Source: Gnetum montanum
Taxonomy: Eukaryota; Plantae; Gnetophyta
Assembly: GCA_015680685.1 (NCBI GenBank)
Contig: MNCI01003226.1
Coordinates: 62,001-126,000 of the forward strand
Reading direction: 5' to 3'
DNA length: 64,000 nt
Shown: positions 12,387-27,100 of the stretch, in pieces
Position numbering within the stretch: position 1 is the first letter of the stretch
How the letters are laid out: every line of letters starts with the position of its first letter
Position numbers and translations under genes: made by a program
The notes under the pieces: model-generated
Seen by the model: only the letters and a program-made list of their open reading frames with translations
What the model was told of the DNA's origin: nothing
The model's database searches: none

Positions 12387-13745
12387 ATGAAGCGCCGGAA
12401 GGGAAGACCCAGCCGCAGCATAAAAAAGCCAGGCAACGTTCATGTCAATCATCTGCAGGTGAGCAGGGTTCCCAGGGAGGAAGCGAACATAGCGGAGGGC
12501 ATGAAGCTGTACGTCGTCAAATCGTTCCAGGGCAAAACCGTAGCCAACTTCATCCTGCCGGACCACTACCACCTGCAAGGCATCCTGGGCCATGGCGGCA
12601 ACGCCGTTGTGCTCGGCGCCACCGTCGTGGGCGGTCCGGACGTGGCCATCAAATGCGCGCTCCCGAACGCGCTGAGCTCCGGCGTACCGTTGCTGCGGGA
12701 GCTGCGCCTTCTCCGGGCGCTGCAGCCGCACCCGCTGCTGCTGCGCCTCCACGACACCGTCGTCTTCGGCGGCGTCGTCGCCATCGTCACGGAGCGCATG
12801 ATCAGCGACCTCTACGACGCCATCTACTATGGCGTACTCCGGACGGTTTTCCCGGGCCCGCTTTTCCGCTCCGGCCTGCACCGGCCCCTCATGATCAACA
12901 TGCTGCTGCGCGGCCTGGCGCACCTGCACGGCGCCGGAGTCGTGCACCGCGACCTGAAGCCCGGAAACGTCCTCGTCGGCCCGCGCGGCCTCATCAAGAT
13001 CTGCGACTTCGGCAACAGCCGGTGCTTGACCGAGCTCCCGGAGCAACCGGACCAGCCGGAGCCGGGTCCGGGTCCGGGTCCGGGTCCGGTTCTGGGTCCG
13101 CCGATGACCGGCCGTGTGGCCACGACCATGTACGCGTCGCCGGAGCTCCGCCTGAACTTCCGGTTCTCGTTCTTCCCGTACACGGCGGCGGTGGACATGT
13201 GGGCCGCCGGCTGCGTCGCGGCGGAGATCATGGGCCACGTCCGGCTGCCGGGTCCGTCCGTGATCCAGGCCTCCGACCAGCACGACCTCGAGGGGATGGT
13301 GCAGAGCTTCCTGAACGTGGTCCGGGGGCCGACGGACGACATGGATATGCCGTACCTCGGCGACGTCCGCGTGGTGGAGGCCGTCCGCCGGCTGAGCCGG
13401 AGGCAGCGCGGCTCCGGCGTAAACTGCCTGGAGCGGTTCCGGTCGTTTTTCCCCGCCGGGACCCCGCCGGAGGCGCTGGATTTCATGCGCCGGCTCCTGC
13501 AGTTCGACCCGCGCCGGCGGATGACCTCGGCCGAGGCTCTGGAGCATCCGTGGATGAAGGAGATCACGGTGGAGGTGCTGCAGCGCTACCTGAGGCTCAG
13601 CGACGATGAGACGGAGCTGCTCAGGCTGGGGCCCCAGGCCAAGATCGATATCCATGAAGACGAGATTCTGAGGGCCGACCAGGGCGGCTTCCAGGCCGTG
13701 TACCAGCTCCTCGAACGCGACGTTGCCTACGCACGCCAACGCTGA
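12387..13745 (+). CDS. Atypical MAP-kinase-like (CMGC) protein kinase, intronless
   Basis: 452-aa ORF with GHGGNAVV, VAIK, LRELRLL, HRDLKPGN, CDFG, MTGRVATTMYASPE, YTAAVDMWAAGC and LLQFDPRRRMTSAEALEHPW. Strong GC3 bias. The start could instead be the ATG at 12501. Confidence 0.85.
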   Translation: MKRRKGRPSRSIKKPGNVHVNHLQVSRVPREEANIAEGMKLYVVKSFQGKTVANFILPDHYHLQGILGHGGNAVVLGATVVGGPDVAIKCALPNALSSGVPLLRELRLLRALQPHPLLLRLHDTVVFGGVVAIVTERMISDLYDAIYYGVLRTVFPGPLFRSGLHRPLMINMLLRGLAHLHGAGVVHRDLKPGNVLVGPRGLIKICDFGNSRCLTELPEQPDQPEPGPGPGPGPVLGPPMTGRVATTMYASPELRLNFRFSFFPYTAAVDMWAAGCVAAEIMGHVRLPGPSVIQASDQHDLEGMVQSFLNVVRGPTDDMDMPYLGDVRVVEAVRRLSRRQRGSGVNCLERFRSFFPAGTPPEALDFMRRLLQFDPRRRMTSAEALEHPWMKEITVEVLQRYLRLSDDETELLRLGPQAKIDIHEDEILRADQGGFQAVYQLLERDVAYARQR

Positions 13746-14149
13746 TTCCGAATTGGAGTTCTCGTCTGCTGCGGAACGCCCGCTTTCATGTTGGCTCCAT
13801 TGCTGCTGCAGCTCTTGCTTTGATCTGCGTATACATTTTTCGTTTTCTTTTTCTTTTTCTTGGAAAAATCGTAAGGCAGTGAAGGGCTCGAGATTTTAAT
13901 TCTAAGAATGTGATGCATACCAGGTAAATTGAAACCGGCGTATTTTTCTGTTTGTTCGTTTCCGTATCCACTTATCGTAGGAAACAGTTGTTTCACCGTT
14001 GTGCTGGTAGATGGTAATTTAACGTTAATTTTTTAAGGGATTCGTACATAACATGATGTTCATGGATGGTTCCGTTAAATTTGGGGATTTTTATTCAATT
14101 CCTATGAAAAATTTTCGAAATTAAAGGAAATTATGGTGTTCATCTTCAA

Positions 14150-15106
14150 TGCTATTTTTGTTACAAAGTTTAGCATATTGGTTCTTCACAAGGAATTTTA
14201 AGCCATGTACCTAATTCTCATTTGTGCTTGGCTAATTCTCATGAGATCCCATTTGTATTATTCTAATTGTGCATGGTAACCAAAGACAAATGGCAAAAGA
14301 TAAATAATTTGCCCTTGAATTAAGGCCTCCCCTTATACTATTCAAATAGAAATATTTTTTTGTTTCCACATACTTCCATAGTTTTTGATATTCTACTTGT
14401 TTTAGCAAATTGTGAACTTGGTTAGGAATGAAATAGAAAATGTATTTTGAATATTTCATTTATTAAGCCATAAAATTCCCTCATGAAGCCATCCTTTTTC
14501 ATGGGTTTCTATCATCACTTTTTTGGAATATTTATCTAATGAAGATGAAAAAGATTATGAATGTAAGTTACAAACTAGCAAATGACTTTAACCTCTAGCA
14601 ACATCATCTTTGCTTCAAGAAGCATAATGTCATATCATGTCTGTCTCTTGTCTCTTCACTTTAAGTTCATTGAGTAACAAACGTTGCTAAATTTCTTTTA
14701 CTTGTTTTCAATATTTATTTCATAGAGTATGACTTCATATAACACACTTATAAAGAATAGTAGGTTGAACAATGGCATGATTAACTTGTTTTCAAATATG
14801 CAAGGCTAGAATAAATTCCTTCTTAAATTTGCTATTTAAAGCAAATAAGGCTTTCATTCTACTTGCAACTCTTTGAGTAATGCATCCCATTTGTAATTAC
14901 AAGATTATTTTAGACTAAGATATTTGTAAGAGGAAATGATCTTCACATGGTTATGTCCAATAGTAAAATCATACATCTTATTAAGTGTGCCACAAATTAC
15001 AATTTTATTTTTTAGATATTAACTATAATTCTTGAGTGCATAAAAAAGTCATCAAGATTATAAGCATTAGCTACAATCCTTTCATTGAATTTGAAATTAA
15101 GGCAAC
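14150..15106 (-). mobile_element. Old degraded LINE, part downstream of the RT active site (split by element A)
   Basis: Joining the flanks of element A gives ILTCVDDVALISNSMKGL*LML on the minus strand, the YADD region of a non-LTR RT. Left limit is approximate. Confidence 0.6.
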
Positions 15107-18100
15107 ATCATTGATGAGTCATGATTTTGTTAGCTCGGATACCTAATATCAGAGCCTTAATATCGGATACGCAATATCAAATCCCAATAAACGACGTTGG
15201 ATATTTGATATCGTCTCTTCCATGCTAGCCTATAAATACAACACTTGGATGCATGGTTGGGACATAGTTGGTTGATAGATTTTAGATAGCCTTTTTATAG
15301 ATTTTTGATTTCCAGTTCTGTTGTTTCCTAGTGCATGCTCGCAATGTGATGTTAACTAATTGTATGGGTGTATTTGGATGTGTTACATGACCAAAAATAA
15401 TGATCAAGATTACTTTTATCATTGCAGCATCCACTTAGATTTATTATTGCATTTAATTGCTTAAATGTTTAATGTTTTCCTTCCAATTTATTGCTCTTTA
15501 TGATTCCTATCATTAGGCAGAATGAGTACGAGTAATCACAAGCACTTAAGTGTAATTGCTTGGTAACCCAACAGTGTATCGTTTGGTAAGCCTAGTGACA
15601 TATGCTTGGTAATCCCAGCTGTAGTTACACAAAGGTCAAGGCATGGGCAAATGATTAGGAATGGATACTCATTGTACATAGGCTAGTTTAGATTTTACTT
15701 TCCACCATTAATTAGCTTAATTAATTTATCTCTTTATTGTCATTAGGAGCAACATAGGGCTAGACAACATCAATGATATGCCTCACTTCAAACTTAATCA
15801 TACGTCCAAGTGGGAAGACAACGAATTGCGATCAAAGCATAACAATTTAGATGCACAACTAGTCCCATCCATGGAATTTGATCAAATCGTGCATGAACGC
15901 TTGTGATTCATATGGTTGGGCATAGGGGCACCTCATCACTCATCATCAGTGTTGTTGCCAAGGATGGTGCTAGTTATCTCAATTAGTTATATTATACACG
16001 ATCGTTGTAAAGGTATTAACGATTTATCTTTTAGAAAATGTTAATATTTTAAGTCACACACGTTATCAAGTAAAATCATGTCTTCTTCACATAGGAACAA
16101 TATTGTATCACATGATGAAAGCACTCATAGAAGAAATGATAGGATCTATACTAAAGAAAATTGGAGTGAACAACCATGAGTAGGGGTTTCCTATGCTCAT
16201 TTATACCCTTACTACACTCAAAGACTACATTCAACTAGTGTAGAAAATCCTAGTGGAGATGAAGTAAGTCCAAGATCAAGGAGGGCCTCAAGGCCTAGGA
16301 CCTCCTCTAAACCTAGATAAGATAAATCAAAGGACCAAAGGGAGAACTATACAAGCCATGGTGATTCTCCTAGCTCTTCATCTTCCTCTTCTTCTTCAAC
16401 ATCTAGTTTTAGCAAAGATGAATGTAGGTATAAAGATAGAAATTGAACCCAAGGGAAAAATTAAAGACATCAAAATGAGCATAGACAAGATCATCACAAT
16501 CAAATGAATAAAAATAGAAATTTTCATCACAAAATGCCTGATGATGATGAACCCTTGTTGGCCACTAAGAGCATGATGTAGATCACGAAGGTAGTTAAGA
16601 TGCCTCACAGGCATCGTAAGGAAATTCACCTACCTAGGCTTGATATGAATAATATCCTTAAGTTCATGGGACACTATGATTCTGATCCACAACATAATCT
16701 ACAAGCCTTCCATGATGCTTGTGCCTTATACAACATTAAAGTGGGTGGAAAAAACTTAAGCTCTTTCCTAGGACAGTAACCAACGAAGTTGAAAGTTGGT
16801 ATAGATCATTGGAGCCAAGTTTCATCCACTAGTGGTCCACAATGCTAGAACTTTTCAATAAAAACTTACCAAACCTATGAGAGAGTGTCCAACCTAAAAT
16901 AAAAAATCCAAGAGTTGAATTAAGAAAATCATGAACCCTTGGATGTGGCCTTCGATTGATACTGTTCACTACTACATAGATGTCCTGGCCATGATTTCTC
17001 TCAAAAAGAGCAATTTTCCACATCATAGATGGGCTTTGTAATGAAACAAGGGAGACCCTTGGGATGTATGCTCAAGGTTGATTATATGAATCAAAAGCCC
17101 ATTAGATACAAAGGCTAATCAAATAAGTGGTGAAAGAAGAAGGAGAGCTATGTAAACAAGAGAATGTGAAGGAAAATAACTTGGCACCCAACTCTTCAAA
17201 AGAAAAGGATCCATATCTATGATGAGGAAAAAGAGGCAGCTCTCAATGGGCTTAAAGCAAAGTTGAATAAGATGTTGTAATGGATAAATGAGAAATTTAT
17301 AACTTTCGTAGAAATTGTAGAGGAGAAGGTAACACAAAACAAACCAAGAAATCACAATAAACAAATGAAGTGGAACTAGAAAAATAAAGAGAACAAGAGC
17401 CTGAACAACATTGTGAGACACAAGTTCCACCACCACTACCACAAGACTATAGGCTTACAATAAGCCAATTGCAAAGAATTGCTGAAACACTCAACTAGGG
17501 GAGTAGAGATGGGTCAAAGCTCTTTAGAGTCATCAACAATGCCATGTAGCCAACTATTTCTACCAATCCAACAAGTGGGCATATTTCGCCACAATCAAGA
17601 GGAGAACCCCAATGGTTGCAACAAATCTCTAGTAATGTTGCATCCTTTCAGGTGATGCTTGAAATAGTAGAAGATGCCATAGTAGTGGTCATGGAGCATC
17701 AGGATGTGCTAGGCATAGCAGAGGTAATAACAAATCACATCAAGAAATCCTTCAATGTGCTTGTTGTGCCCCCAGTGGATTTATCTAAGACCAAAGATGC
17801 ACAAATGCTTACTGAGACCTCAATGACTCCTACAGCCTGTGAGGATGTATTGGATAGATTGTTGCAGATGGGACAAGTAATGACCACCTTGTTTAACATT
17901 CCTAGTGATGTTACTATAGTGTAATCAGACCTCATTACCACCAAAGAGAAACTGGTCATGGCTAAGACCAGGGTGAAACACATAGAAGTAGAAGTACAAT
18001 ATTTGCAATAAGAGCTGGCTGCCTTGAGAGTTGAAAGACAGGACCCTACTCGGTTTGTCATGCCTAACTAGCTGGATCAATTTAGAACAGAGCAACTAAA

Positions 18101-18127
18101 CAAATTGATTGAAGAGAATAAGGTTGT

Positions 18128-21100
18128 TGATGAATCATGATTTATCAGGCTCTGATATCAGATCTACGATATTAGGTACACGATATCGCATCCTGGGCAA
18201 CGATATAGAATACATGATATCGTGATTCCTGTGTTAGCCAATAATAATAGCACTCAGGTGCACAGGAAAGAGGGAGTCAGTAGGTGTAAGTATAGAGTCT
18301 TTTTTGTTCATTTTTAATTCATTTCAATTTTTCCCCCAGTGCATGCCCACAATGTGATAATTATAATTGTATGAAACCTTTATTCGAGTATGACGTACTT
18401 GGACACGCACATGACTGACAATAAAGATTGAGATTACTCCATCATTGTAGCATTTACTTAGCTTTTAATTATTCAATTGCTATTATTATTTATTATTTTC
18501 TTAATTAATATTTCTTTACCATCATTTACTATCCCTGTTATTAAACATGGAATGAGTATGACTTAATCACGAACATTTAAGTATGACTACTTGGTATCCC
18601 AGTAGTGTATCTAGGAGTGCTTAAGTAACATGTGCTTGGTAATCCTAGAAGTAGTACATGAAGTCCAAGATGTGTATGGATGATTAAGGACGGATGCTCA
18701 TCACACTTAGGCTAGCTTACATTTTTTCCCTTGTATTGCTCATTAGCTTAATCAAAGTTATTCTCTATTGTCCTTAGGAGTAGCATAGTGATAGGAAACA
18801 CATCATACACCTCACTTTGGGCTAAACCATACATGACAAAGAAAATACTAGTCTAGGTGGGAAGACAGCGGACTGTGATCAACATGTAACCATCTACATA
18901 CCACAACTAGCTCATTTGAGGAGTTTGACTGAATCGTGCATGAATGCTCGTATTTGTATGAATGAGTGTAGGGGTACCTCGCCACTCATCATTGGTGCTA
19001 TTGCCAGGGACGGTGCTAGTTATTTAGATTAGTTGCATCATCCAAGATTGCTGTAACGAAGTCTTGATGATATATCTTCTAGAAAGAAGTAATTTTAGAT
19101 AAGTCACACATAATTTCACAACAATGTCTCTCTCACAAGACTATGATAACACAACAATTAGTAAGGAAATTCATTGGAGAATCAACAAATTATATGATGA
19201 TGAAGACGAAGTTGGGAGTACTCAATCTTATGCAGGGGTCTCTTATGTACATAAATGAAGACAACATCGTCCCAACTCACAAATTCATAACCTACCTAGT
19301 GACAATGAACTCCTGCTGACCACTAAGAGCTTAATGCATATACAAGAGGCTATTCGAATATCTTGCAGGCATCATAAGGAAAGCTGTCTGCCTAGGCTTG
19401 ATTTAAACAACTTTCCCAAGTTTTTAGGAGACTATGATTTAGATTCACAACATAATTTACAAGCCTTCCATGATGCTTGTGTATGGAACAATATTGATAA
19501 TGGATGGCAAAAACTTAAGATCTTTCCTACGACACTCGTTGGCTAAGAAAAAGTATGGTACAGGTCCTTAAGACCAAAATCAATTCGACGTTGGCCAACA
19601 ATGGTAGAACTCTTCAATGAAAGATATCAAACCTATGCAAGAGTGTTAGCCTTGAGGAGACAAATCCAAGAATGGAAACAGGGCCAACATGAACCCTTGG
19701 ACATGCCCTTAGAAAGATACTATTCGTTGTTAAGCAATTACACAAGCCATGGATTCTCTGAGGAAAGGTTAATGTACCACATCATGGATGGGCTCCGTAA
19801 TGAAATAAGGGAGACCCCTAGGGATGTATGCCCAAGGTCAACTATACGAGCTACGAACCCATCAATTCCAAGAGCTTATTAAGTGGGTAGCAAAAGAGGA
19901 AGGAGAAATGGCTAAATGGGAGAATGTTGAAAGCTCTCAATAGGACCAAAATCTCAAATTAGTAAAGGTCCATGATCATGAAGAGGAGAAATCAGCTCAC
20001 CTTAAGGAGATGGAATCATCTTTACCAATACTACAATCACTAGAGGAAACTGAGGCAAAGATCAATAAGATGATGGAATGGATACATGAAAAATGTGGAG
20101 AATATGCCAACACTATTAGAGGTAGAACCATGATGAACCAAGAAACAGAACTATTCACCACTAGACAATTGGAAAAAAGGTTTGAACAGAATAAGGATAA
20201 GAACTCAATTGCTAATCATACGTATTAATGTAACATTTTTCTATACGATCACCCCAAAGGCCAATGCCTGATCTTGTTACATTTGCATGAGCATTGGGAA
20301 GGAATGTTACACCTAGAGTTCGTACAAAAACATTGTGTTTAATCACAATGGAAAAAATACTAGTCGTGGGGGATGCCACCATCAAATTGATCACACCCTT
20401 CATACCATTCGAACCCAAGTGCTTATCAAGTTTAGCATCCTGTTTCCCCAACTGGGTCAACATCCTCTATCTCACCACATTGTTATAATTTTCCTAAATA
20501 CTATCAACCCATGTCCTCTCTCACAAGATCACCACCTTATGTTCCTTACACTTCTCCTCAACCTCAATATTCTCATCCTTCACCTCCTTCTACATCACCA
20601 CTAGTTGTGCCAGAAGGTTTTGCACCAACCCATGAACATTACTTGTGCTGCTATGGTCAACAAGAGTGGAGGCCCTCCACAACGTTAAAAGTGCCATTTC
20701 TTTAAGCATGACCAAAGGAAGAAACAACATGCTTCCAAAACCACTACATCCCCCAACCTAGTGCAAGTTCAACACTGTGATGCATCTACCTCCTCAAACA
20801 CCATGCCTCCTGTTACCTTATCAGGGCCACTAATTAATACTCCAACTACCATGTGACCTAATGAATATAACCACACAGGGAGACATACTGATCCTTGCAT
20901 ACCATCTTATAGTCACGGGTGCCATGGTGGATCAATTCCTTATTGATTAACCACATCTTATAATTTTCCCCACTATGCCTACTTTAATCAAGTGTGTGAA
21001 CCCCAACTTGGGTACATTCGAACCACCACATCAAAGGACACCCAATGGTTTGGATATGACTGGGTCCCAATATTTTCAAAATGCATGGATCCCAACCTTC

Positions 21101-24100
21101 CATTTATTAATTCTCATCATGATCAAAAGTTTAGTTATGGGAGATATCCTCCATTCTAACAAGTAGAATTAATACATGTTTTTCTTTTTCTTTCAATTTT
21201 ACGATTTTTGTTTTTCCAGTTTTTCATTTTTCAATTTGTTGTTTTATCTTTTTATTTTGTTTTATTTTATTTTGTTGTTTCATCTTTTTATTTATTGTTT
21301 TATCTTTTTATCTTTTTATGGGTAATCTCATCTATGAATAAAACACTCACATGACTCATTGGTTGAGGTGTTGTTCTATGCAATCAAGTCTCAGGTGGCT
21401 AATTATTTGGACAATGAGCCCACCACATCCACCCAACCATTCTATTAATAGCAGGTTCTACTTTAGGTTCGATGATATTCTTGTCATCATGAAAACTTAA
21501 AAGTAATTTTGTACTCATTATGCCCAGAGCAAAAAAATGACGAACTAAGAAGGAATAGCCAGGGTGTGACATCAAGGGGATTTATGGATTCTCTTTGGTG
21601 ACATCTATAGGAGTTATCATGCAGCCTGGTTGTACTAAGATCCTTGTAGATCTAACGAAAAATGACAGTAAGAGTAATAAAGGCACTCAATAAAGAAACT
21701 CAATGCTATTCTGGGGGGTCCCATTGGAAAGACATACACCCATGCTTGAAGGTAGGTGGCTTCTCTGGATTATGCATCAAAAAGAAAAAAGAAAAAAAAA
21801 GGATCAAGACAAATGTGCCACAAAGAAATTTCAAATCACTCTTCCCTTGAACAAAATGCCAAGTGATCATACGCCTTGCTGTTATGATGCTCTTATGGTT
21901 GTCCATCATTGGATGAAATAATGTGATGTCACTAATAAGAGGAATGGACTTGGTCTTGATTTCGGAGCGATGGGCTAATGACACATTAATCATGCTCTAC
22001 ACTTAGGATTCATCGTATCCTGGGTCAATTACCTCATGTCCTAATCTTTACAATCCCTTCTACGATTCATCCCATCTCGTTACTCATATATTTGTGACCC
22101 ATGTCTTGTGTAGCATTGAATTCATACCTCATCACAGTGGTATTTACATGTGTGTGTTTTTTCGGACTAGTGTCGATTACATTTTACCCCTTTTAGTGCC
22201 TACAGACATTTTCAGGTGTGGTTACGTAAGGTCATCATAGGTAGGAACCTGCTTTGGGGAGGACCCACTTGCGTAACCTTTATAATTTGCACTCATTGCA
22301 CATCATCATCACATCATTTTATACCCTCCGAGTATTGCATTGCCAACGTTATTCTTTCCTTTATCATCCTTCTAATTCAAATGTTCCTGTGCACCACTAC
22401 ATGTCCTTTTTCCTCATCCTATTCATGAATTTCATTGTTACATTCCACCTCATTACACTCTTGGTTCCTTTAGGTCTCTTTACAAGTTACCCTATATGTT
22501 TCAACTTAATCTTAAATCCTTCATTTTTGGCCTTGGAAATTCAAAAATTCATCAATTTTTTCAAGTACCCTATTTCATATGGGCCACGATATTGGGCCCC
22601 CACTATCAAGTACACGATATCATGTCTATAAATAGTATATATATGGACCCCCCACCCCCTGTGCACATCAATGTCATTCTTCACTGTTCATGCAAGGGGA
22701 GTTGTTCAAATTTTCTTCCATGAATTGTCAAGCTTGTGCACCTACCATTCAAACATTTATAACTTGCTCATTACTACTCCAATTTTTGTTCCGATCGAAC
22801 TTGCTTAAACCTGGAGTGTTTAACTTAGTCATGGGGGAAGGGTACATTCCAATTTGCATGTAGTTTTTTCAAAATTCGTCATTACTCGAAGGATATCATA
22901 AAAGTAAGTGACCTTAAAATTGATAGAAATGGTTGCCAAATTAATTTTATCTCTTTACCCAAATCATGAAATTATTTCTTAGAATCACTTAATCAAGATT
23001 GGGCCAATATCAAAACCTTTAGGGGAATTTTTATGAAAATGTCTAACTCTAGATCACACTAAGTAAGAAATGGATCTATTTAGGTAAAGAGTAAGGTATA
23101 AATCAAATCTTGTAAATAATCTTACTAATAGTCATCTCATGTGATTGTAGATGATCCCTAAAAGAAGACAGCAAGGAGGACCCTCTTAGGGTGCATCCAA
23201 ATGACCAAGGAGAGGCAGAGGCCAAGCATCTCTTGAGGAACGTATAGAACAGGAGGCACAATCATTCAACATCCATCAAGAACCTCCTGTTACTATGAAA
23301 TCAAGACATGTTAAAGGAGGAGATGGTGGAGCACCTGAACAAGGACAAAATCTCACGTTGTCCTCAAAATTTGTTTAGGTAATTAATGAAAGGTCCATGT
23401 CAGCAGCTATGATAGTGGAACTTAACTTTGGACCTTTCACTGAGTTTGCTCCTTAAGTAGTCAGGGACCAACTTAAAGGGCCCCCACTGTGGTCTATTCT
23501 CTCTGAAAGTGGTGATTAGTACCTAGGAGAGACGTACCAATTTTGGCACAATAAAGAAGAAGGTACCACTGTTGATATTGTTGGTGTTTTTGTAGATTTC
23601 TCTGCCAAAGCCATTTTTTAGGTGTTGAATCTTCTGAATACAAGGCCAAAAGTTGCTCACTTGTCCACTCATTTTGATGGTGATGTGCGGAAGATATGAT
23701 TGAAAAGGACGTATGGCAAGAAAGACAAAACATATGGAGAGCTGACACTTGAAGAGAGAATCTACTTCAAAATCGGCACATATCACATCTTCCCCACAAA
23801 AAGGTTAAGCAGAATCTCCACATATGTGACTAGAGGAAGTGCTATCTTGATGGACAAGGTTAATGCCAACTACCCAATCTATATCTTACAGAAATTTTAA
23901 GGTGGTTCAAAAAATGCAAGATGGGGAAGTTTGCATTTCCCTTCCCCTGTCTCATCAGGAAGCTGTGCCAATGTGCTGGAATTTTGGGGTACACCAATGA
24001 TGTCCCCAGAAGGGCCCAAAATGCTTCATTTGCTGAATTACGAAAGCCACTAGGCCCAAGGAAAAGTGNACAACACCAAGATGTAGCGGGAGGAAAAGAA

Positions 24101-27100
24101 GTGGTAATAGACCACATAAAAGAATCATTTAATGTCCCTATTGTGCCATCGGTAGATTTTATAGGAGCACACGATGCTCAAACATTGGTCGACCCCTCAA
24201 TGACCCTTGCAAATCATGAGGATGTTTTAGATCAGTTACTGTAGCTAGGAAAAGTGATGACATCCCTATTTGACATCCTTCATGATGTTACAACAATTTA
24301 GTCAGACCTCATCTCCACAAAAGGAAGGTTGGTCATGGTGGAAGTCAGGGTCGAGCATGCAGAGGCGGAGTTAGAAAGACTCCAAGAAAAGCTCATTACC
24401 CTACTAGCTGCATAGTAGGATTCATCTTAATTCATCCTCGCAGACCAACTAGAGTCCTTTCAGACAGAGCAGCTTAATAAATTGCTAAAAGAAAATAAAA
24501 GAGTGGTGGAGGGAAAAGATAAGGCTGATTGGGATGGTTCCAAGACATAAGCTCAAACATATGCACATGCCAAAGCACTCAAGGCCTTATAAGAGGAACA
24601 TAAATAGCTTACCATTGACAATGTCTAGCTGACCATAGTAGAAAAACAAAGGAATGTTCTCAAAGAAGATTTTTAGCAATTACGAGAATAATTAGTAAGG
24701 GTCAACCAGGATATGAATCACTTGGCTAGAGAAAATAGAACCCTCTTAATGGAGGAGGTATGCATGACCCGTCAAAAGAGGACAATTGAAATAAGCATGT
24801 GGCAGAATGAGGCCAAGCGACATGAGAAGTTTAAAGAGAACTTCAGAGATTAGGTGGGGATGTACAAATAGGTGATAGAAAAAGAAATCCATATGGCCAA
24901 AGCCCATATTAAGGCTCTTAGTGCTCAAAACATTAATTGGTGGGCCATATTGGATACTTATGCCTTTGCCCACCAAGCTGAACTGAAAAGTTGGGATTTA
25001 CAGATACAAGACCTTACGGAGTGATGAGTGGCGACGTACCCCTACACTCAACCATACGAAATGAGTGTAGCATGCACGATCTGGTCGAACTCCATATATT
25101 AAATGCCTACACACCCCATGGAACACTTGGGGTTAATCATTCGTTGTCTTCTCAGACTTACTTGTAGTTGTCATGGTGTATGGTTAAGTAAGTTCGAGGT
25201 ATATGATTTTTATAGTTTTAAAATGTTTTTCCCCAATGCTATTGGGGTAAAGGGTTGAGAAACTAGCTAACTCTAACTAAGGACTAAGTCTAAATTAACT
25301 AGCATCAGCATCTGTTCCCACTTACCATACACACCTTGAACTATGTAACCATGACTAACAAACGCTAATCGTTACTGGGATCACCACGCGTAACGCACGT
25401 GCTCAAAGTGGTCGTACTAAGGCACCTAACTAACCTAAACATGATGAGCAGCCGATTCCTTGACTAGCCATACACATCTGTAGATGCTGGTAATCAAGTT
25501 GTACTCATCTTGCGTTCTAGGAGTTGAGGGTGAGAGAGACTAATCGTGATGAGCAACCGATTCCTTGATTAGCCGTACACATTCATCAATGCTCATAATC
25601 AAGTCATACTCATGCCACGCTAATGCAGGTAATAAATAACAGGTAGGAAATAACATGTAATAAAACCTATTCCATGCACTGCAAGGTTTATCCACAAAGC
25701 TCATCTTTATTGCCGTACACAACTTGCGTTTAGGTACAAAGCTGCTCGAATAAATATCTGTTGACTTGGGGACTCCTACTGCGGGCACATGGAAAATATT
25801 CTATCTCTGGAGTGATCAATCTGCCAGAGTTTCCCTACTTTAAGCCTAGGATGGGAAATAAGGGGAGTGTCGCTTCTTATTTATAGATTTGGCGACGGAC
25901 CACGATATTGCATACGTGACATTGTAGGGGACAACGCGATATCGTATACGAGATATAGCATGGGATGCGATATCACGACTCATCACGGAGTACATGGAGT
26001 TGGCAAACCTACGGTATGCCAACTTGGCCATGTTGACAGCATGATGCCTGAGAACAAAATTGGAAAAGTAGGTAGCAACCACTTACGTGAAGTATGAAAT
26101 AGAATTTGTTGAGCATAAAAAGACACTACAGAAATTAGAAGTGGCAAATTCTAAGTTAGAGGTGGTCAAGACCAATTACCAAGGATAAAAGGATGTCACA
26201 GAAAGTTTGGCTTGATAGCTCATAGATTACCAGGAATACAAGGACAAAGCGAGAGCTTATGAAGAAGAGTGACGGTTGTTTGCAACTTGGTATGTCAAGG
26301 CCAACCAGATGTTTCTGCAACTACAGTGTCCATGGGAGGTGCCAACCCCATCAACCATTGGAACATTAGCATGGACAACACAGGATCCCCAAACCAAGGA
26401 AGAAAAGCTCTAGGCACTCCTTCAGAGACATCAATTTCCAACACCTGGAGTGCAAGATAAGGGGAAGAGATCCATAGAGGAACCACTGCCACCAAGAACC
26501 ACATGAGTTCTAACAAAATTTTGTAATTCTATGTCTATGTCCCAATTTTGTTGTGTTCAATTCCCCACTACGACATGAATAAATTCCTAGTTAGTTAAAA
26601 ATCCCATACCTATCCACTATGTAATCAATTGAACTTGTTCTCATTTTGTTTGACTCGAGGACAAGTTTTCATTTAGTCATGGGGGTATGATGAATCATGA
26701 TTTATCAAGCCCTGATATCGGATCTGCGATATCGGGTATGCGATATCATGTCCTGGGCAACAATATCAAATACACGATATCATGATTCTTGTGTCAGCCT
26801 ATAAATATAACACTCAGGTGCATAGGAAAGAGGAAGTCAGTAGGTGTAAGTATAGAGTCTTTTTGTTCATTTTTAATTCATTTCAATTTTGCCCCTAGTG
26901 CATGCTCACAGTGTGATGATTGTAATTGTATAGAACTTTTATTTGAGTGTGACGTACTTGGACATGCACATGATCGACAATAAAGATTGAGATTACTCCA
27001 TCATTATAGCATTCACTTAGCTTTTAATTGTTCAATTGCTATTGTTATTTATTTTTTTCTTAATTAATATTTCTTTACTGTCATTTACTATCCCTGTTAT

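Noticed and set aside
12188-13739. Long overlapping ORFs (473 aa +, 507 aa -, 246 aa -)
   Set aside because: Shadows of the GC3-rich kinase frame with no motifs of their own.
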